From a virus: DNA of 64,000 bases. This document shows, piece after piece, positions 18,190-27,579 of the stretch. The DNA lies in IMG/VR virus record IMGVR_UViG_3300021963_000027, positions 120,182 through 184,181 of that record. The stretch is one strand, 5' to 3'. The notes under the pieces were generated by a model. That model did not search any database. It saw only the letters and a list, made by a program, of their open reading frames with translations, and was not told where the DNA came from. Made by a program: the position numbers and the translations under genes. Positions within the stretch are counted from its first letter, which is position 1; each line of letters opens with the position of its first letter.

Positions 18190-19107
18190 ATGAGTACAAA
18201 AACAAAAAGCAAATTCGGTGCTGCGATGTTCGATTCGATCAAAGCAGCTTTAAACAAGGGTAATGAATCGTCTGGTGGACAATTCTCAAATATTATGAGT
18301 TTTCCTGCTGGTAATACATATACTCTGCGTCTGATCCCAAATGTGGAGAATCCTGAAAAGAGTCTCTTCCATCATTGGGTGAATGGCTGGAACAGCAAAG
18401 CGACAGGTTCTTACATGAGCTTCATCGGTCTTCAAACTTTTGGTGATCGTGATCCGATTTCTGAACTTCGTTGGAAGCTTTGGAAAAGCTGGAAAGAAGC
18501 TAATCCTAAAGCTGAGAACAAAGAATACAAAGCAGAAATTGCTCAGAAAGAGCAGTGGCTTGTGAATGTTTACGTGGTCAATGATCCTGCTAAACCAGAA
18601 AACAATGGCACTGTGAAGATTCTTCGTATGGGTCCACAACTCAAGAAGATTATCGACGATGCCACTGAAGGTGAGCGTTCCGATGAACTTGGTTGGGATA
18701 TTTTTGACCCGACTAAAGGACACGATTTCAAGATCGTTGCTGAGAAGAAAGGTGAATATACCACATTCGAATCTTCGTTTATCACTACCAAGTCCAAGAC
18801 TGTTTTGGATGAGGAAGAGATTGATAAGATTTGTGAGTCTCTTCATGATCTGGAAGCGGTTTATCCCGTGAAGACTTTTGATGAGCTTCAAGAAGTTCTT
18901 AACGAACACTTCTTCGTTGGTGAAGAGAAAGAAGAGCGCAAGCCTTTGAAGCAAGCCAAAAAAGAAGCTGTAGCCTCTAAAGAAGACGATGACGATGACA
19001 TTCCTTTCGTTCATGAAACACCGAAAGCGACATCGACTCCCAAAAAGCAAGTAGTCGAAGATGACAATGATGAAATTGACGATCTTCTTGCTGGATTAGA
19101 TGACTAA
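18190..19107 (+). CDS. gp32: Single-stranded DNA-binding protein
   Basis: LRLIP, HHW..GW, VYVVNDP..PENNG.VKI, DIFDP.KG.DFKI, and an acidic tail ending IDDLLAGLDD. Confidence 0.9.
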   Translation: MSTKTKSKFGAAMFDSIKAALNKGNESSGGQFSNIMSFPAGNTYTLRLIPNVENPEKSLFHHWVNGWNSKATGSYMSFIGLQTFGDRDPISELRWKLWKSWKEANPKAENKEYKAEIAQKEQWLVNVYVVNDPAKPENNGTVKILRMGPQLKKIIDDATEGERSDELGWDIFDPTKGHDFKIVAEKKGEYTTFESSFITTKSKTVLDEEEIDKICESLHDLEAVYPVKTFDELQEVLNEHFFVGEEKEERKPLKQAKKEAVASKEDDDDDIPFVHETPKATSTPKKQVVEDDNDEIDDLLAGLDD

Positions 19108-19114
19108 CCCTACT

Positions 19115-19144
19115 AACCCTCTCCATCAATCGGTGGGGAGGGTT
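19115..19144 (+). terminator. Stem-loop after gp32
   Basis: AACCCTCTCCA...TGGGGAGGGTT, an 11-bp stem with one G-U pair. Confidence 0.65.
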
Positions 19145-19160
19145 TCCCCTTTAATAAATT

Positions 19161-19625
19161 ATGAATAACATTCCCGAAGAAATTGAAGCAATGGCATTTT
19201 TGATTGGACAATCCAGTCAAATTGATCAAATGATGGTTGATCGACCATCGACACTTATCACATCAACACATACTTTGAAAAAAGGTTTGAATGATTATAT
19301 TCAAACACAAAGACAACAAGCACCTCCTCCTCCTCCTGTTCAATATCCCCAAGTTGCTCAACCACCTATCGTCCCAATTCCAAATTATGTTCCACCTCAA
19401 GAACTACCCCAAGTTCCTCAGTATGCTCCAATGCCACAAAAAGTGGATGATGGGCAATTGGAATTGAATTTGGAGCCAACTAAAGTGGAAGAAGTTATTA
19501 TTTTATTGAGAGAAATCTCCAATAAGTTGACAAAGCAGAATAATCTGCTAGAAAAGACATATGCAAATCAATCTAAACAGAAAACCGTTTCAGAACCTAT
19601 TGTTAAGCTTGTCACAAATAAGTGA
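19161..19625 (+). CDS. Pro/Gln-rich hypothetical protein
   Basis: 154-aa ORF with a PPPPPV/PQ low-complexity centre. Confidence 0.7.
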   Translation: MNNIPEEIEAMAFLIGQSSQIDQMMVDRPSTLITSTHTLKKGLNDYIQTQRQQAPPPPPVQYPQVAQPPIVPIPNYVPPQELPQVPQYAPMPQKVDDGQLELNLEPTKVEEVIILLREISNKLTKQNNLLEKTYANQSKQKTVSEPIVKLVTNK

Positions 19626-20268
19626 TACATGTGTTCTAGAGATGAAAGATGACGGCATACATGGTATTTCCTCTAGCGAGGATAACTCCATGTATGCTCA
19701 TGCATATCTAAGAGGTGATTTCGAAGAAAAGAATCTGAATCTACCTTCTCTGAAGAAGCTTTCCAAAGCATTAGACATGGTATCATCTGATACTGTGAAG
19801 CTAAAGTTGAACGGAAACCATTTGGAGTATAAAGATAAGCAAATCAAATTCAAATACCATCTCCATGAAGAAGGAGTCATCACTAGACCCAAGTTATCTC
19901 TGGAAAAGATTCGTAATTTTGAATATAACATCGAATTTGAGTTGGACTTTGATTTCCTTTCCAATATTCTTCAAAAATCTTCCATCACAAACACCAAAAA
20001 ATTATATATTTTCACAGAAGATGGTAATTTGGTGTGGAAAGTAGGAGACGAGACTGTTCCAAACAGCGATACTCTGAGTATTGTAGGGGATGAAGTTGAA
20101 TTTGAACTCAATCCTTTCATTCTAAAGATTGACAATTTGAAATTATTGTCTAAAGTATCGAAGACGGGTAATGTATTCAAAATCAATTCCAAGTTGGGAG
20201 TTGGTTGTATCGTCACGAAGAGTGGTGATTTTGAAATGGAATATATTTTTAGCTCATTGAAGAATTAA
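19561..20268 (+). CDS. gp45: Sliding clamp
   Basis: 235 aa with a two-domain clamp-like pattern; lies in the replication cluster. Confidence 0.75.
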   Translation: MQINLNRKPFQNLLLSLSQISDTCVLEMKDDGIHGISSSEDNSMYAHAYLRGDFEEKNLNLPSLKKLSKALDMVSSDTVKLKLNGNHLEYKDKQIKFKYHLHEEGVITRPKLSLEKIRNFEYNIEFELDFDFLSNILQKSSITNTKKLYIFTEDGNLVWKVGDETVPNSDTLSIVGDEVEFELNPFILKIDNLKLLSKVSKTGNVFKINSKLGVGCIVTKSGDFEMEYIFSSLKN

Positions 20269-20270
20269 TT

Positions 20271-20477
20271 ATGGACGAAGAAACGAAATTACAAATCGAG
20301 GATGCTAGAGCATCTATTCAAGCTCTTGATCATCAACAACAAGAAATTTATAAAAATATCAAAGGTTTAGTGAACCCTGATATCGAAGATTATCTATGGG
20401 ATTACTGCTTCAATTGTGAAATTGGCGACAGATCGGAATTTATCACAAGAACAAAAGAAATTATTTATGGCGATTAA
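20271..20477 (+). CDS. Hypothetical protein
   Basis: 68-aa ORF in an operon. Confidence 0.7.
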   Translation: MDEETKLQIEDARASIQALDHQQQEIYKNIKGLVNPDIEDYLWDYCFNCEIGDRSEFITRTKEIIYGD

Positions 20478-20721
20478 CGAAATTACAGGAAAAGTCATTA
20501 AAACATCTCCTCAGAATTCTGCATATTCTGAAGGATGGGAAAAAGTCTTCGCTAAGAAATCTGCAAACGAATGGCTCAAGACGATGCCAGATGTTCAGAT
20601 GATGGACCCTGATGGTTGGAGACAGAACGATGGTGTGGATATGGATACTCCCATCAAATGGTCTGATTTCCAAAAAAGATTAAACATTTCAACAATACTT
20701 TGTAAAATTCCTAATGTATAA
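20467..20721 (+). CDS. Conserved phage hypothetical protein
   Basis: MAINEITGKVIKT...AYSEGWEKVF pattern; ATG 20467. Confidence 0.7.
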   Translation: MAINEITGKVIKTSPQNSAYSEGWEKVFAKKSANEWLKTMPDVQMMDPDGWRQNDGVDMDTPIKWSDFQKRLNISTILCKIPNV

Positions 20722-21103
20722 CTTATTCTTAGACGATGTTAGAACTCCGAAAGAAGCATTTCTTTATGGGGAAGGAAAAATGTTGTGTGGATACTCTGAT
20801 ATTCCCAATGGTTGTTGGGAAATTGTTAGAAATTATGAGGACTTTGTGAAAATCCTCAACGAAAAGGGGTTGCCACGAGCAGTTTCTTTCGATTGTGACT
20901 TATGTAAAGACCATATGGTTCATTACATGAAAGAAACAACACGGTCTGAAATTTACGAATGGGAAAATTTTGATACCAAATGTGGTATCCACTGTGCCAA
21001 TTACCTTAAATCATTATTAAAAGGTGGGGAAGATATTAAAATCTATGTCCACACCGCAAATCACGTAGGAAGACGAATCATTAAACAAATATTATCATGC
21101 TAA
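20714..21103 (+). CDS. Cyclic-phosphate-processing receiver-domain protein
   Basis: LFLDDVRTP, VRNYEDF, VSFDCDL, G..CA.YL, VHTAN.VG. Confidence 0.75.
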   Translation: MYNLFLDDVRTPKEAFLYGEGKMLCGYSDIPNGCWEIVRNYEDFVKILNEKGLPRAVSFDCDLCKDHMVHYMKETTRSEIYEWENFDTKCGIHCANYLKSLLKGGEDIKIYVHTANHVGRRIIKQILSC

Positions 21104-21621
21104 ATAAAATTTTCATAGATCTTGACGAGACATTAATATCGGGATCAGCAGCATCGCGATATCTAACCGATTGTGATTTCACTATCGCATTAGAATACGG
21201 CGGTGTTTACGACATCAAAGTTCGATCATCAGCACTCGATGTCATTAAATTGGCACGTAGCTATGTTGGATTGGAAAACGTGTATATATTGACAATTGCG
21301 ACTAGAGAATATGCAACAGAAGTATCAAGATTAGCTTGTTTTGACTTTCCTTCTGAAAATATAATCCCAAGAGAGGAAATTCACCAAGCAACATATAAGA
21401 CATTATATGGTGGTATGAATTATGGGACTAATACTAAGATATCACATTCTGATAATGTTTTGATTGATAATCTTCCTGCTAGAGAGAACGAGAAGAAAAT
21501 GATTTATATCGGTATTAAGCCTGATCGTTATCTCAGCATCACACCTTATTACGGAACGAATTTTGAAGATGATGATTTCTACTCATCAGTGGAAGAATTT
21601 CTCTTGCAAAAATCCAAATAA
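21097..21621 (+). CDS. HAD-superfamily (FCP1/NIF-like) phosphatase
   Basis: FIDLDETL motif I, ILT motif II, VLIDN motif IV. Confidence 0.75.
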   Translation: MLNKIFIDLDETLISGSAASRYLTDCDFTIALEYGGVYDIKVRSSALDVIKLARSYVGLENVYILTIATREYATEVSRLACFDFPSENIIPREEIHQATYKTLYGGMNYGTNTKISHSDNVLIDNLPARENEKKMIYIGIKPDRYLSITPYYGTNFEDDDFYSSVEEFLLQKSK

Positions 21622-21635
21622 CAGTAAATATTTCT

Positions 21636-21962
21636 ATGAAGAATAATATTACCACACAAGGTTATTTTGTTAAAAGATTGAGAGATTCTGGTTTCGTCGT
21701 GGTCAAATTGTTTGATCAATACGGTCAACATGATCCTCGTAAATGGTCTGTGATGGTAGACCCAAGTAATACATCTGTGATGATCACTTGTTATCAAAAC
21801 AAAGAGTTCAAAGGTGATATTCTATTCGAGATTAATGACGGTGGAAATCGTTTTATTAAAAATTTCAACCTCAAAACACAAAGTATGGAGATTGTCATCA
21901 CCACTTTGATTGAAAAGGGTGTTGGACAAATCGAAGAAAATTCAGTCTATAAAAAAGACTAA
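21636..21962 (+). CDS. Hypothetical protein
   Basis: 108-aa ORF after TAAATA. Confidence 0.75.
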   Translation: MKNNITTQGYFVKRLRDSGFVVVKLFDQYGQHDPRKWSVMVDPSNTSVMITCYQNKEFKGDILFEINDGGNRFIKNFNLKTQSMEIVITTLIEKGVGQIEENSVYKKD

Positions 21963-21970
21963 ATAATATT

Positions 21971-22282
21971 ATGGAAAAGGGAGAAGAACCCCCTGATGAG
22001 GTATTTGTGGATGAAAAGGTTTTAGAAATCCTTAGAGAATCTTTGAAACAAAAGCTCAAAAGAGATAGAAAAGGTGGTAAAAGCGTAATTAAAAATGCTT
22101 TAAAAGCTACAATGCAAGAATTTTTAACATGTGGTAAACTCTTAGGTTACGATTTAGATGGAAATGTGGTGGAAATCTCATTTCATTCTAATAAATTAGA
22201 AGATAACGCCATGCAGAACCTCTTCATTCAAAAATTTGGAGAGTTCATGGCTGGTAGAATGAATATATCAGGTGATTTTTAA
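21971..22282 (+). CDS. Hypothetical protein
   Basis: 103-aa ORF after TAAATA. Confidence 0.75.
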   Translation: MEKGEEPPDEVFVDEKVLEILRESLKQKLKRDRKGGKSVIKNALKATMQEFLTCGKLLGYDLDGNVVEISFHSNKLEDNAMQNLFIQKFGEFMAGRMNISGDF

Positions 22283-22559
22283 TTTTTTAAAACCGAAAAT
22301 AAAAAAAGGCGATGTCTATGCTGTTCAAGCAGGAGACTTCGTTGGTCAATTCTTTAATTTTATTAAAAAAGATGGCGATGAATACGTTTTTCTTTCCACA
22401 CCATTGATGGAAATCCAACGAGTTCCAAAAGAAAAATTTGACTTTGCGAAAGAACAAGGTATCATTGAATACATTGAAAATCTTCCAAGAAATATCTTCC
22501 AAGTTATCGAAGCGGAATATCAACACCAATCAAAAAAGGTTGGTGGAGATTCCAAGTGA
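22272..22559 (+). CDS. Hypothetical protein
   Basis: 95-aa ORF overlapping its neighbours. Confidence 0.7.
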   Translation: MIFNFLKPKIKKGDVYAVQAGDFVGQFFNFIKKDGDEYVFLSTPLMEIQRVPKEKFDFAKEQGIIEYIENLPRNIFQVIEAEYQHQSKKVGGDSK

Positions 22560-23562
22560 TTACGTTGTATCCAAATTTTATGAATTTGGGTATAAAGTAA
22601 GTCATAATACTCATGGCAACACTTATAATTGTTGTTGTCCTATTTGTAGAGAAGGAAAAAGCTGGGGTCATAAGAAGAGATGCTTCTATATTCCAGAGAA
22701 TGATAACATTTTTTGCCATAATTGTGGATGGTCATCCAAACCCTACAAATGGATCAAGGAAGTTTCAGGAATGTCATTCAATCAAATAGTCGATGAGATT
22801 GAAAAGGGTAATTTCGGCATGATAAATGTGATGGATTTAGAAGAAAAAGAAGAAAAACCAAAGACTACATCGTCTTTACCAGTAGATAGTATCAATTTAT
22901 CTGATAAAAATCAGACGGATTATTACAAGAATAATAAGATTGTCCAAAAAGCCTTAGATTATATCAAGGATAGACGATTGGATAAAGCTGTGAACCGTCC
23001 TGATGCATTTTATCTATCTCTGAAAGACCGTGTGCATGATAATCGTTTGGTGATCCCGTTCAAAGATGAAGCGGGTAAGATCATCTATTACCAATCCAGA
23101 AGGATTTTAGATGATGAATCTCCAAGTTACTTGTCAAAAGATGGTGGAGATAAAAGTGTCTTCGGTATCGAGCGAGTATCGTCTGACTTAGACAAGGTGT
23201 TTATCATTGAAGGACCGTTAGATGCTTGTTTCGTAAAAAACGGATTAGGTGTTGGAGGTATTACTAAAGGTGAACAATTGTTTACTTTTAGTCAACAAGA
23301 ACAAATGGATAGTCTGAAATTCTTTGAGAGAATTTGGGTGCTTGATAGTCAATGGCTTGACAAGACTGCACGAGAGAAGACACTAAAGCTCATTGAGATG
23401 GGGGAGAAAGTCTTTATATGGCCTGAGTATGATGGGAAACGCTTCAAAGACATAAATGCCGTGTGTATGGCTTATGAAATGAACGAATACCCAACAGATT
23501 TAATTCTGAAGAACACCTATAAAGGGTTGGCAGCAACGGTAAAGATGAAATTGATCAAGTGA
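22543..23562 (+). CDS. gp61: DNA primase
   Basis: Zn ribbon CPIC...CHNCG; TOPRIM IIEGPLDA and LDSQWLD. GTG 22543 is the likely start. Confidence 0.92.
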   Translation: MEIPSDYVVSKFYEFGYKVSHNTHGNTYNCCCPICREGKSWGHKKRCFYIPENDNIFCHNCGWSSKPYKWIKEVSGMSFNQIVDEIEKGNFGMINVMDLEEKEEKPKTTSSLPVDSINLSDKNQTDYYKNNKIVQKALDYIKDRRLDKAVNRPDAFYLSLKDRVHDNRLVIPFKDEAGKIIYYQSRRILDDESPSYLSKDGGDKSVFGIERVSSDLDKVFIIEGPLDACFVKNGLGVGGITKGEQLFTFSQQEQMDSLKFFERIWVLDSQWLDKTAREKTLKLIEMGEKVFIWPEYDGKRFKDINAVCMAYEMNEYPTDLILKNTYKGLAATVKMKLIK

Positions 23563-23569
23563 TCAATTA

Positions 23570-23974
23570 TTATTCACGCTTTTTAGCGACAGACGTATCA
23601 ATAGCATTACAAAATCTATCAATTTCACTTCTAATTCTTTCAATTGATCCCAATTCACTTGTTAAATCACCGATAATAGTGTTATTACGTGATTGTGAAA
23701 TAGACGATAATACATTATCTTTAAGATACGTATCAATTTTTTCAAAATTTGCTTTCCAGCTATCAACAGTGGAAATCATTTCTTGATTTTGAGAATCATC
23801 TCCCATAGTAGCCATAACATTTGGATCTGCTTCTGTATCTACACCATATTCATCGAGAGTGATTCCATCATCCAATTGTCCAGCAGCAGCAGCTTCTTCA
23901 GCAGCAGGATCGAACTCCAGTTCAGGTGCTTCTTGTAGTAATTTGAGGAATTTAGCTTGAAATTTGTTTCGCAT
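23570..23974 (-). CDS. Acidic hypothetical protein, possible head core protein
   Basis: Start MRNKFQAKFLKLLQE|A after TAAATA. Confidence 0.7.
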   Translation of the reverse strand: MRNKFQAKFLKLLQEAPELEFDPAAEEAAAAGQLDDGITLDEYGVDTEADPNVMATMGDDSQNQEMISTVDSWKANFEKIDTYLKDNVLSSISQSRNNTIIGDLTSELGSIERIRSEIDRFCNAIDTSVAKKRE

Positions 23975-23978
23975 ATTA

Positions 23979-24332
23979 TTATTTAGTGTTAGGGGTTGGT
24001 GTTGCTGTATTGGCAGTTGGTGTTGCTGTATTGGCAGTTGGTGTTGCTGTATTAGCACTTGGTGTTCCTTTATTAGTGGAACTCGTCTCCACATAATTTT
24101 TAATCAAATTGTATATTTGTTGGGTATGATTTCCAGCATTACCACCAAAAATTTTAGATATATCTTTACCAAGATCATATGCAGCAGATTGAGCGAATTC
24201 GTGTATTTTATTAACATCTCGCATTCCTTGTTTAGAAAATCCTCCTACAATTTTATTAGCGAATCTACGAAGAAATCCTTCTTCTAAAATTTCTTCTAAT
24301 TTTTTCTGATCTTCTATCGAATAACGTGCCAT
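23979..24332 (-). CDS. Hypothetical protein, paralogue of 58821-59354
   Basis: MARYSIEDQKKLEEILEEGFLRR; TAAATA upstream; C-terminal TPTANTA repeats. Confidence 0.75.
   Translation of the reverse strand: MARYSIEDQKKLEEILEEGFLRRFANKIVGGFSKQGMRDVNKIHEFAQSAAYDLGKDISKIFGGNAGNHTQQIYNLIKNYVETSSTNKGTPSANTATPTANTATPTANTATPTPNTK
23995..24057. repeat. 21-bp tandem repeat, three copies
   Basis: GTTGGTGTTGCTGTATTGGCA x2 plus one copy with a single mismatch; encodes ANTATPT on the minus strand. Confidence 0.9.
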
Positions 24333-24368
24333 GATATTATTTAGCTTAAATGATTAAATAATCTATGT

Positions 24369-24722
24369 ATGGCTGCTTCAAATTCTCCTTATTCTACTGC
24401 AATCGCCTCTGGTGCTATTGATTTTGATTTCAAAAATCCTCTAAATCCTTCTGAACAGATGAGAAAATATAAAACGGATGAGAAATTGGCACAAGCACCA
24501 GACACTCTCCCATATGAATTTGAAGGACTGCCTCAATATCTAGCCGATATCCAAGACAGTGCATTTCAAGCGTCTTCCAAACTGAATAATATCATTAAAA
24601 TGGAAAAATATCAAAAAAATGGTGATCTAATTAAGCTGAAAGGTAATCTGGAGAAGATCATGATGTATTTGATGAAAAATGGTGACAAGATATTGTCGAA
24701 TTATACCATTGGCAATAATTAA
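24369..24722 (+). CDS. Hypothetical protein
   Basis: 117-aa ORF, divergent, with TAAATA upstream. Confidence 0.7.
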   Translation: MAASNSPYSTAIASGAIDFDFKNPLNPSEQMRKYKTDEKLAQAPDTLPYEFEGLPQYLADIQDSAFQASSKLNNIIKMEKYQKNGDLIKLKGNLEKIMMYLMKNGDKILSNYTIGNN

Positions 24723-24737
24723 AAACTAGAGTATAAT
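24709..24737 (+). promoter_or_regulatory. Sigma70-like promoter
   Basis: TTGGCA-17-TATAAT, 5 nt before ATG 24743. Confidence 0.55.
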
Positions 24738-24742
24738 CGGGC

Positions 24743-25276
24743 ATGTTCAAAATTCCCGATAACATAAAAATGAAACACGTTCATGGGTATCCTCCCTATG
24801 AACAAATGTCGATCCTTAAAGATATCTGTAATAAATCAACACCTTATTCAGAGACAAGAAAGGTTTCAATTGGAATGACTAAAAAGAAAAATAAAAATCA
24901 ACAGAAATGGCTAACTGACAAGCTCAAAGGTGATTGGATGGATAAAGAACTGATCATCGAAATTGCATTGTTCGAGTCTTTGATTCATTATGTGGAAAAG
25001 GAAGATGGTCTTAATGATGCTGCCTATGACTACTCCTATGAATTAGAAAAGGGTCATATCGATCAGAAAACGGCGAATGCTAATAAAAAGCGTCAAAAAG
25101 AACTCAAAAATGCTTATCTTTATCTAAAAAATGAGCGTCCTGCTCTACAATATCAAGTTGATAATTGGGGTGGGACTAATGTAAATGAATATTTGATACT
25201 GGAAGAATCGTTTTTGAAGAAAGATACAAAAATAATGAACACAATTATAAAATACAGGGGGTATTTATGGAATTAA
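24743..25276 (+). CDS. Hypothetical protein
   Basis: 177-aa ORF. Confidence 0.75.
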   Translation: MFKIPDNIKMKHVHGYPPYEQMSILKDICNKSTPYSETRKVSIGMTKKKNKNQQKWLTDKLKGDWMDKELIIEIALFESLIHYVEKEDGLNDAAYDYSYELEKGHIDQKTANANKKRQKELKNAYLYLKNERPALQYQVDNWGGTNVNEYLILEESFLKKDTKIMNTIIKYRGYLWN

Positions 25277-26022
25277 GTATTGAAAATCACGAAGCATTTA
25301 AGAATTGCGAAGGTAAAATGATCTGCCAATTGATTGGTGGCTCAACTTTGTATGGTTTGAACACACCAGAGTCCGATATTGATTATCGTGGTCTATTCGT
25401 CGCTAAAAATAAGCGATATTTAGCCAATTTGGATAATATTGAATCGATTGTCCAGACTGATGACATTGATTCCACTTATTATGAGATCACTCGATACTTA
25501 AAATTATTGAGAAAGAGTAATACTCAGGTTTTGGAGATATTATTTGCTCCCAATACAGCATTCACCTACAAACATCCAATCTTTGACGAGATTGTCACCC
25601 ATGCTTACGATCTAATCGACACTAATACCCTTAAAAATTCATTAAAGGGTTATGTATTCAGTGAGATTCGATTGGCTACTGGACAAAGAAGCGGTCAGTT
25701 AGGTGGTAAAAGGAAAAAAGCAGTGGAAACCTACGGATTCAGCCCCAAAAACTTTGTTCAAATCCTTCGTTTGTGTAAAGTCGGTATTGAGTTCTTCACC
25801 ACTGGTAAATACATGGTAAACGTCAAGGAATTTGATGAGAAGTATTGGGAGAAATTGATGGATTTAAAAACTAGCCCACAATACTACACATGCGAGCAAT
25901 TGGAGCGAATGGTGAACGAAGAATTTGGCAAGTTGGAAGGAATCATGGAGTCATCTAAGATCTCTTTCAAATTTGATCCAGACATTGCAGCAGATATTAT
26001 TTTAAAAGCAAAACAAATATGA
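25267..26022 (+). CDS. Pol-beta-superfamily nucleotidyltransferase
   Basis: GGSTLYGLNTPESDIDYRGLF (GS...DxD) signature; C-terminal ILRL helix. Confidence 0.85.
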   Translation: MELSIENHEAFKNCEGKMICQLIGGSTLYGLNTPESDIDYRGLFVAKNKRYLANLDNIESIVQTDDIDSTYYEITRYLKLLRKSNTQVLEILFAPNTAFTYKHPIFDEIVTHAYDLIDTNTLKNSLKGYVFSEIRLATGQRSGQLGGKRKKAVETYGFSPKNFVQILRLCKVGIEFFTTGKYMVNVKEFDEKYWEKLMDLKTSPQYYTCEQLERMVNEEFGKLEGIMESSKISFKFDPDIAADIILKAKQI

Positions 26023-26519
26023 AATACGGAAAACAGATATTATTGGGAGTAGTGGCTTCAAGTGCCATTGCTTATGGGTTATCAGATAATTTGGAGTCAT
26101 TCTCTAAAACATTTGTCTTGGCTGGATTAGGGTTCGGCTCAGTTTATTACTGGTCGCAAAACAGAAAGAACAATGATAAAAGAGTGGAAGAATTGGAAGA
26201 ACTTTTGGGCAAGAAGAAAGTTGATGAGCGTGTCGAGACTCTGGAGAATATGCTTCAAGAATCCGATGTGGTAATCACTGAGCAAGAAGAAGTTATTAAA
26301 AATTATGAGGAACTATTGGACGAAGCATCTGTCAAATTCCCTTGTAATTGTGGTAACAACATGTTTGATGGCATTTTCAAACCAATGGAAGAATTTGTGG
26401 TTGAATGTGACTATTGTAAAAACAAATATTCCGTCACACTTAAATTGGATACTATACTGATCACTGAACCAATCGAAGAACTTAACATTGATAAACTAAT
26501 TAAAGAAAATACAAAATGA
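26019..26519 (+). CDS. Membrane protein with coiled coil and Cys cluster
   Basis: Two N-terminal hydrophobic segments, an E-rich coil, then CNC and CDYC. Confidence 0.65.
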   Translation: MKYGKQILLGVVASSAIAYGLSDNLESFSKTFVLAGLGFGSVYYWSQNRKNNDKRVEELEELLGKKKVDERVETLENMLQESDVVITEQEEVIKNYEELLDEASVKFPCNCGNNMFDGIFKPMEEFVVECDYCKNKYSVTLKLDTILITEPIEELNIDKLIKENTK

Positions 26520-26746
26520 TAAAAATAGAGACTAAAAAAGGAAATGTTGAAATGACACTGACTGAATTTGCAAGATGGGCATGTTTAGCAGAAGCATTTA
26601 TCTTCATTGAAAACAAAGCTGAAGAACTAAACATTAACCCTGTCAACATGATTAAGCCACTGGCAATTGAAAAATACATTGACGAGCGATATCATGCAAT
26701 GCTTTCCGATGTTCGATATGAGTATGATCTAGGAATTTTGGAGTAA
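26516..26746 (+). CDS. Hypothetical protein
   Basis: 76-aa ORF with ATGA overlap. Confidence 0.7.
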   Translation: MIKIETKKGNVEMTLTEFARWACLAEAFIFIENKAEELNINPVNMIKPLAIEKYIDERYHAMLSDVRYEYDLGILE

Positions 26747-27568
26747 TCCTATAACTTCTTTCTCAATTTCCGATTGTTTATCTTCCGATAATACGTCTTT
26801 GAAATGTTCTTTCAATTCGTTTGTCGGAAGATTTAATTCGTGAAAACCTAACATGTAATTACGATATCTTTCTTCGTATTTGTTTGGATAAGTAACACCA
26901 TTTGGTCTATTAAAACGATGCAACCATCTTAAAAACGGCAAACATAATGTTCTTTTACCATTTTTTATGTATTTTTTATGGATATATCCTTCTTCTCCAC
27001 CAAATCCACGAAATTCTTTGTTAAATCCTAACCAAGAATCTTTTCTACAAGAAAAAAGACCAAGACCCTGAGAGGGGATTTCAAAGGGGTCGTTATCTTT
27101 ATCTGATCCTCTTTCATCTGTTTGCCAAGTGCCTAACATATGTCCTCTCCATGTGAAGTCGAAATGAGTTGAATAATTTTTCAAATCATCATAAATGATC
27201 GGTCCTTGTAGTAAATTACCACCATCTAAACCACTGTCATAAAAATCTATCAGTCTTTTCAAAGATCCTTTTTCTAAAAAGACATGAGAATCGATTGATA
27301 ACACATAAGGAGTATCTGCCAACTCGAATATTTTATTTCTAATACTGGTTGATTTATATTTTACGAAAGGAAGATATTGAAACGGTTCTTTCATCCAATT
27401 TGTCAAATCCCTTATCGCTTTACCATGATTTGAATCAGGATTATTATCAATAATTACAAATTCGATATCATCCAACACTTCCGAATGATACATTCGTATT
27501 GCTTGAATGGTGAAATATACCCCATCATAATCATCATGTGTTGCCATTCCAATGGTCAATTTTCTCAT
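26729..27568 (-). CDS. GT2-family glycosyltransferase
   Basis: LTIGMAT, VIIDNN, RNKIF, LSIDSH (DxH), FRGFGGEEGY. Confidence 0.85.
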   Translation of the reverse strand: MRKLTIGMATHDDYDGVYFTIQAIRMYHSEVLDDIEFVIIDNNPDSNHGKAIRDLTNWMKEPFQYLPFVKYKSTSIRNKIFELADTPYVLSIDSHVFLEKGSLKRLIDFYDSGLDGGNLLQGPIIYDDLKNYSTHFDFTWRGHMLGTWQTDERGSDKDNDPFEIPSQGLGLFSCRKDSWLGFNKEFRGFGGEEGYIHKKYIKNGKRTLCLPFLRWLHRFNRPNGVTYPNKYEERYRNYMLGFHELNLPTNELKEHFKDVLSEDKQSEIEKEVIGLLQNS

Positions 27569-27579
27569 GTAAATAATTA

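Noticed and set aside
18286-19050. 254-aa minus-strand ORF
   Set aside because: It lies wholly antisense to gp32 and has no motifs.
23995-24057. Possible CRISPR array
   Set aside because: The repeats are contiguous with no spacers and are in-frame coding.
23964-24287. ORF with WCCCIGS repeats
   Set aside because: It is an alternative reading of the 21-bp repeat, antisense to a gene with a clear promoter.
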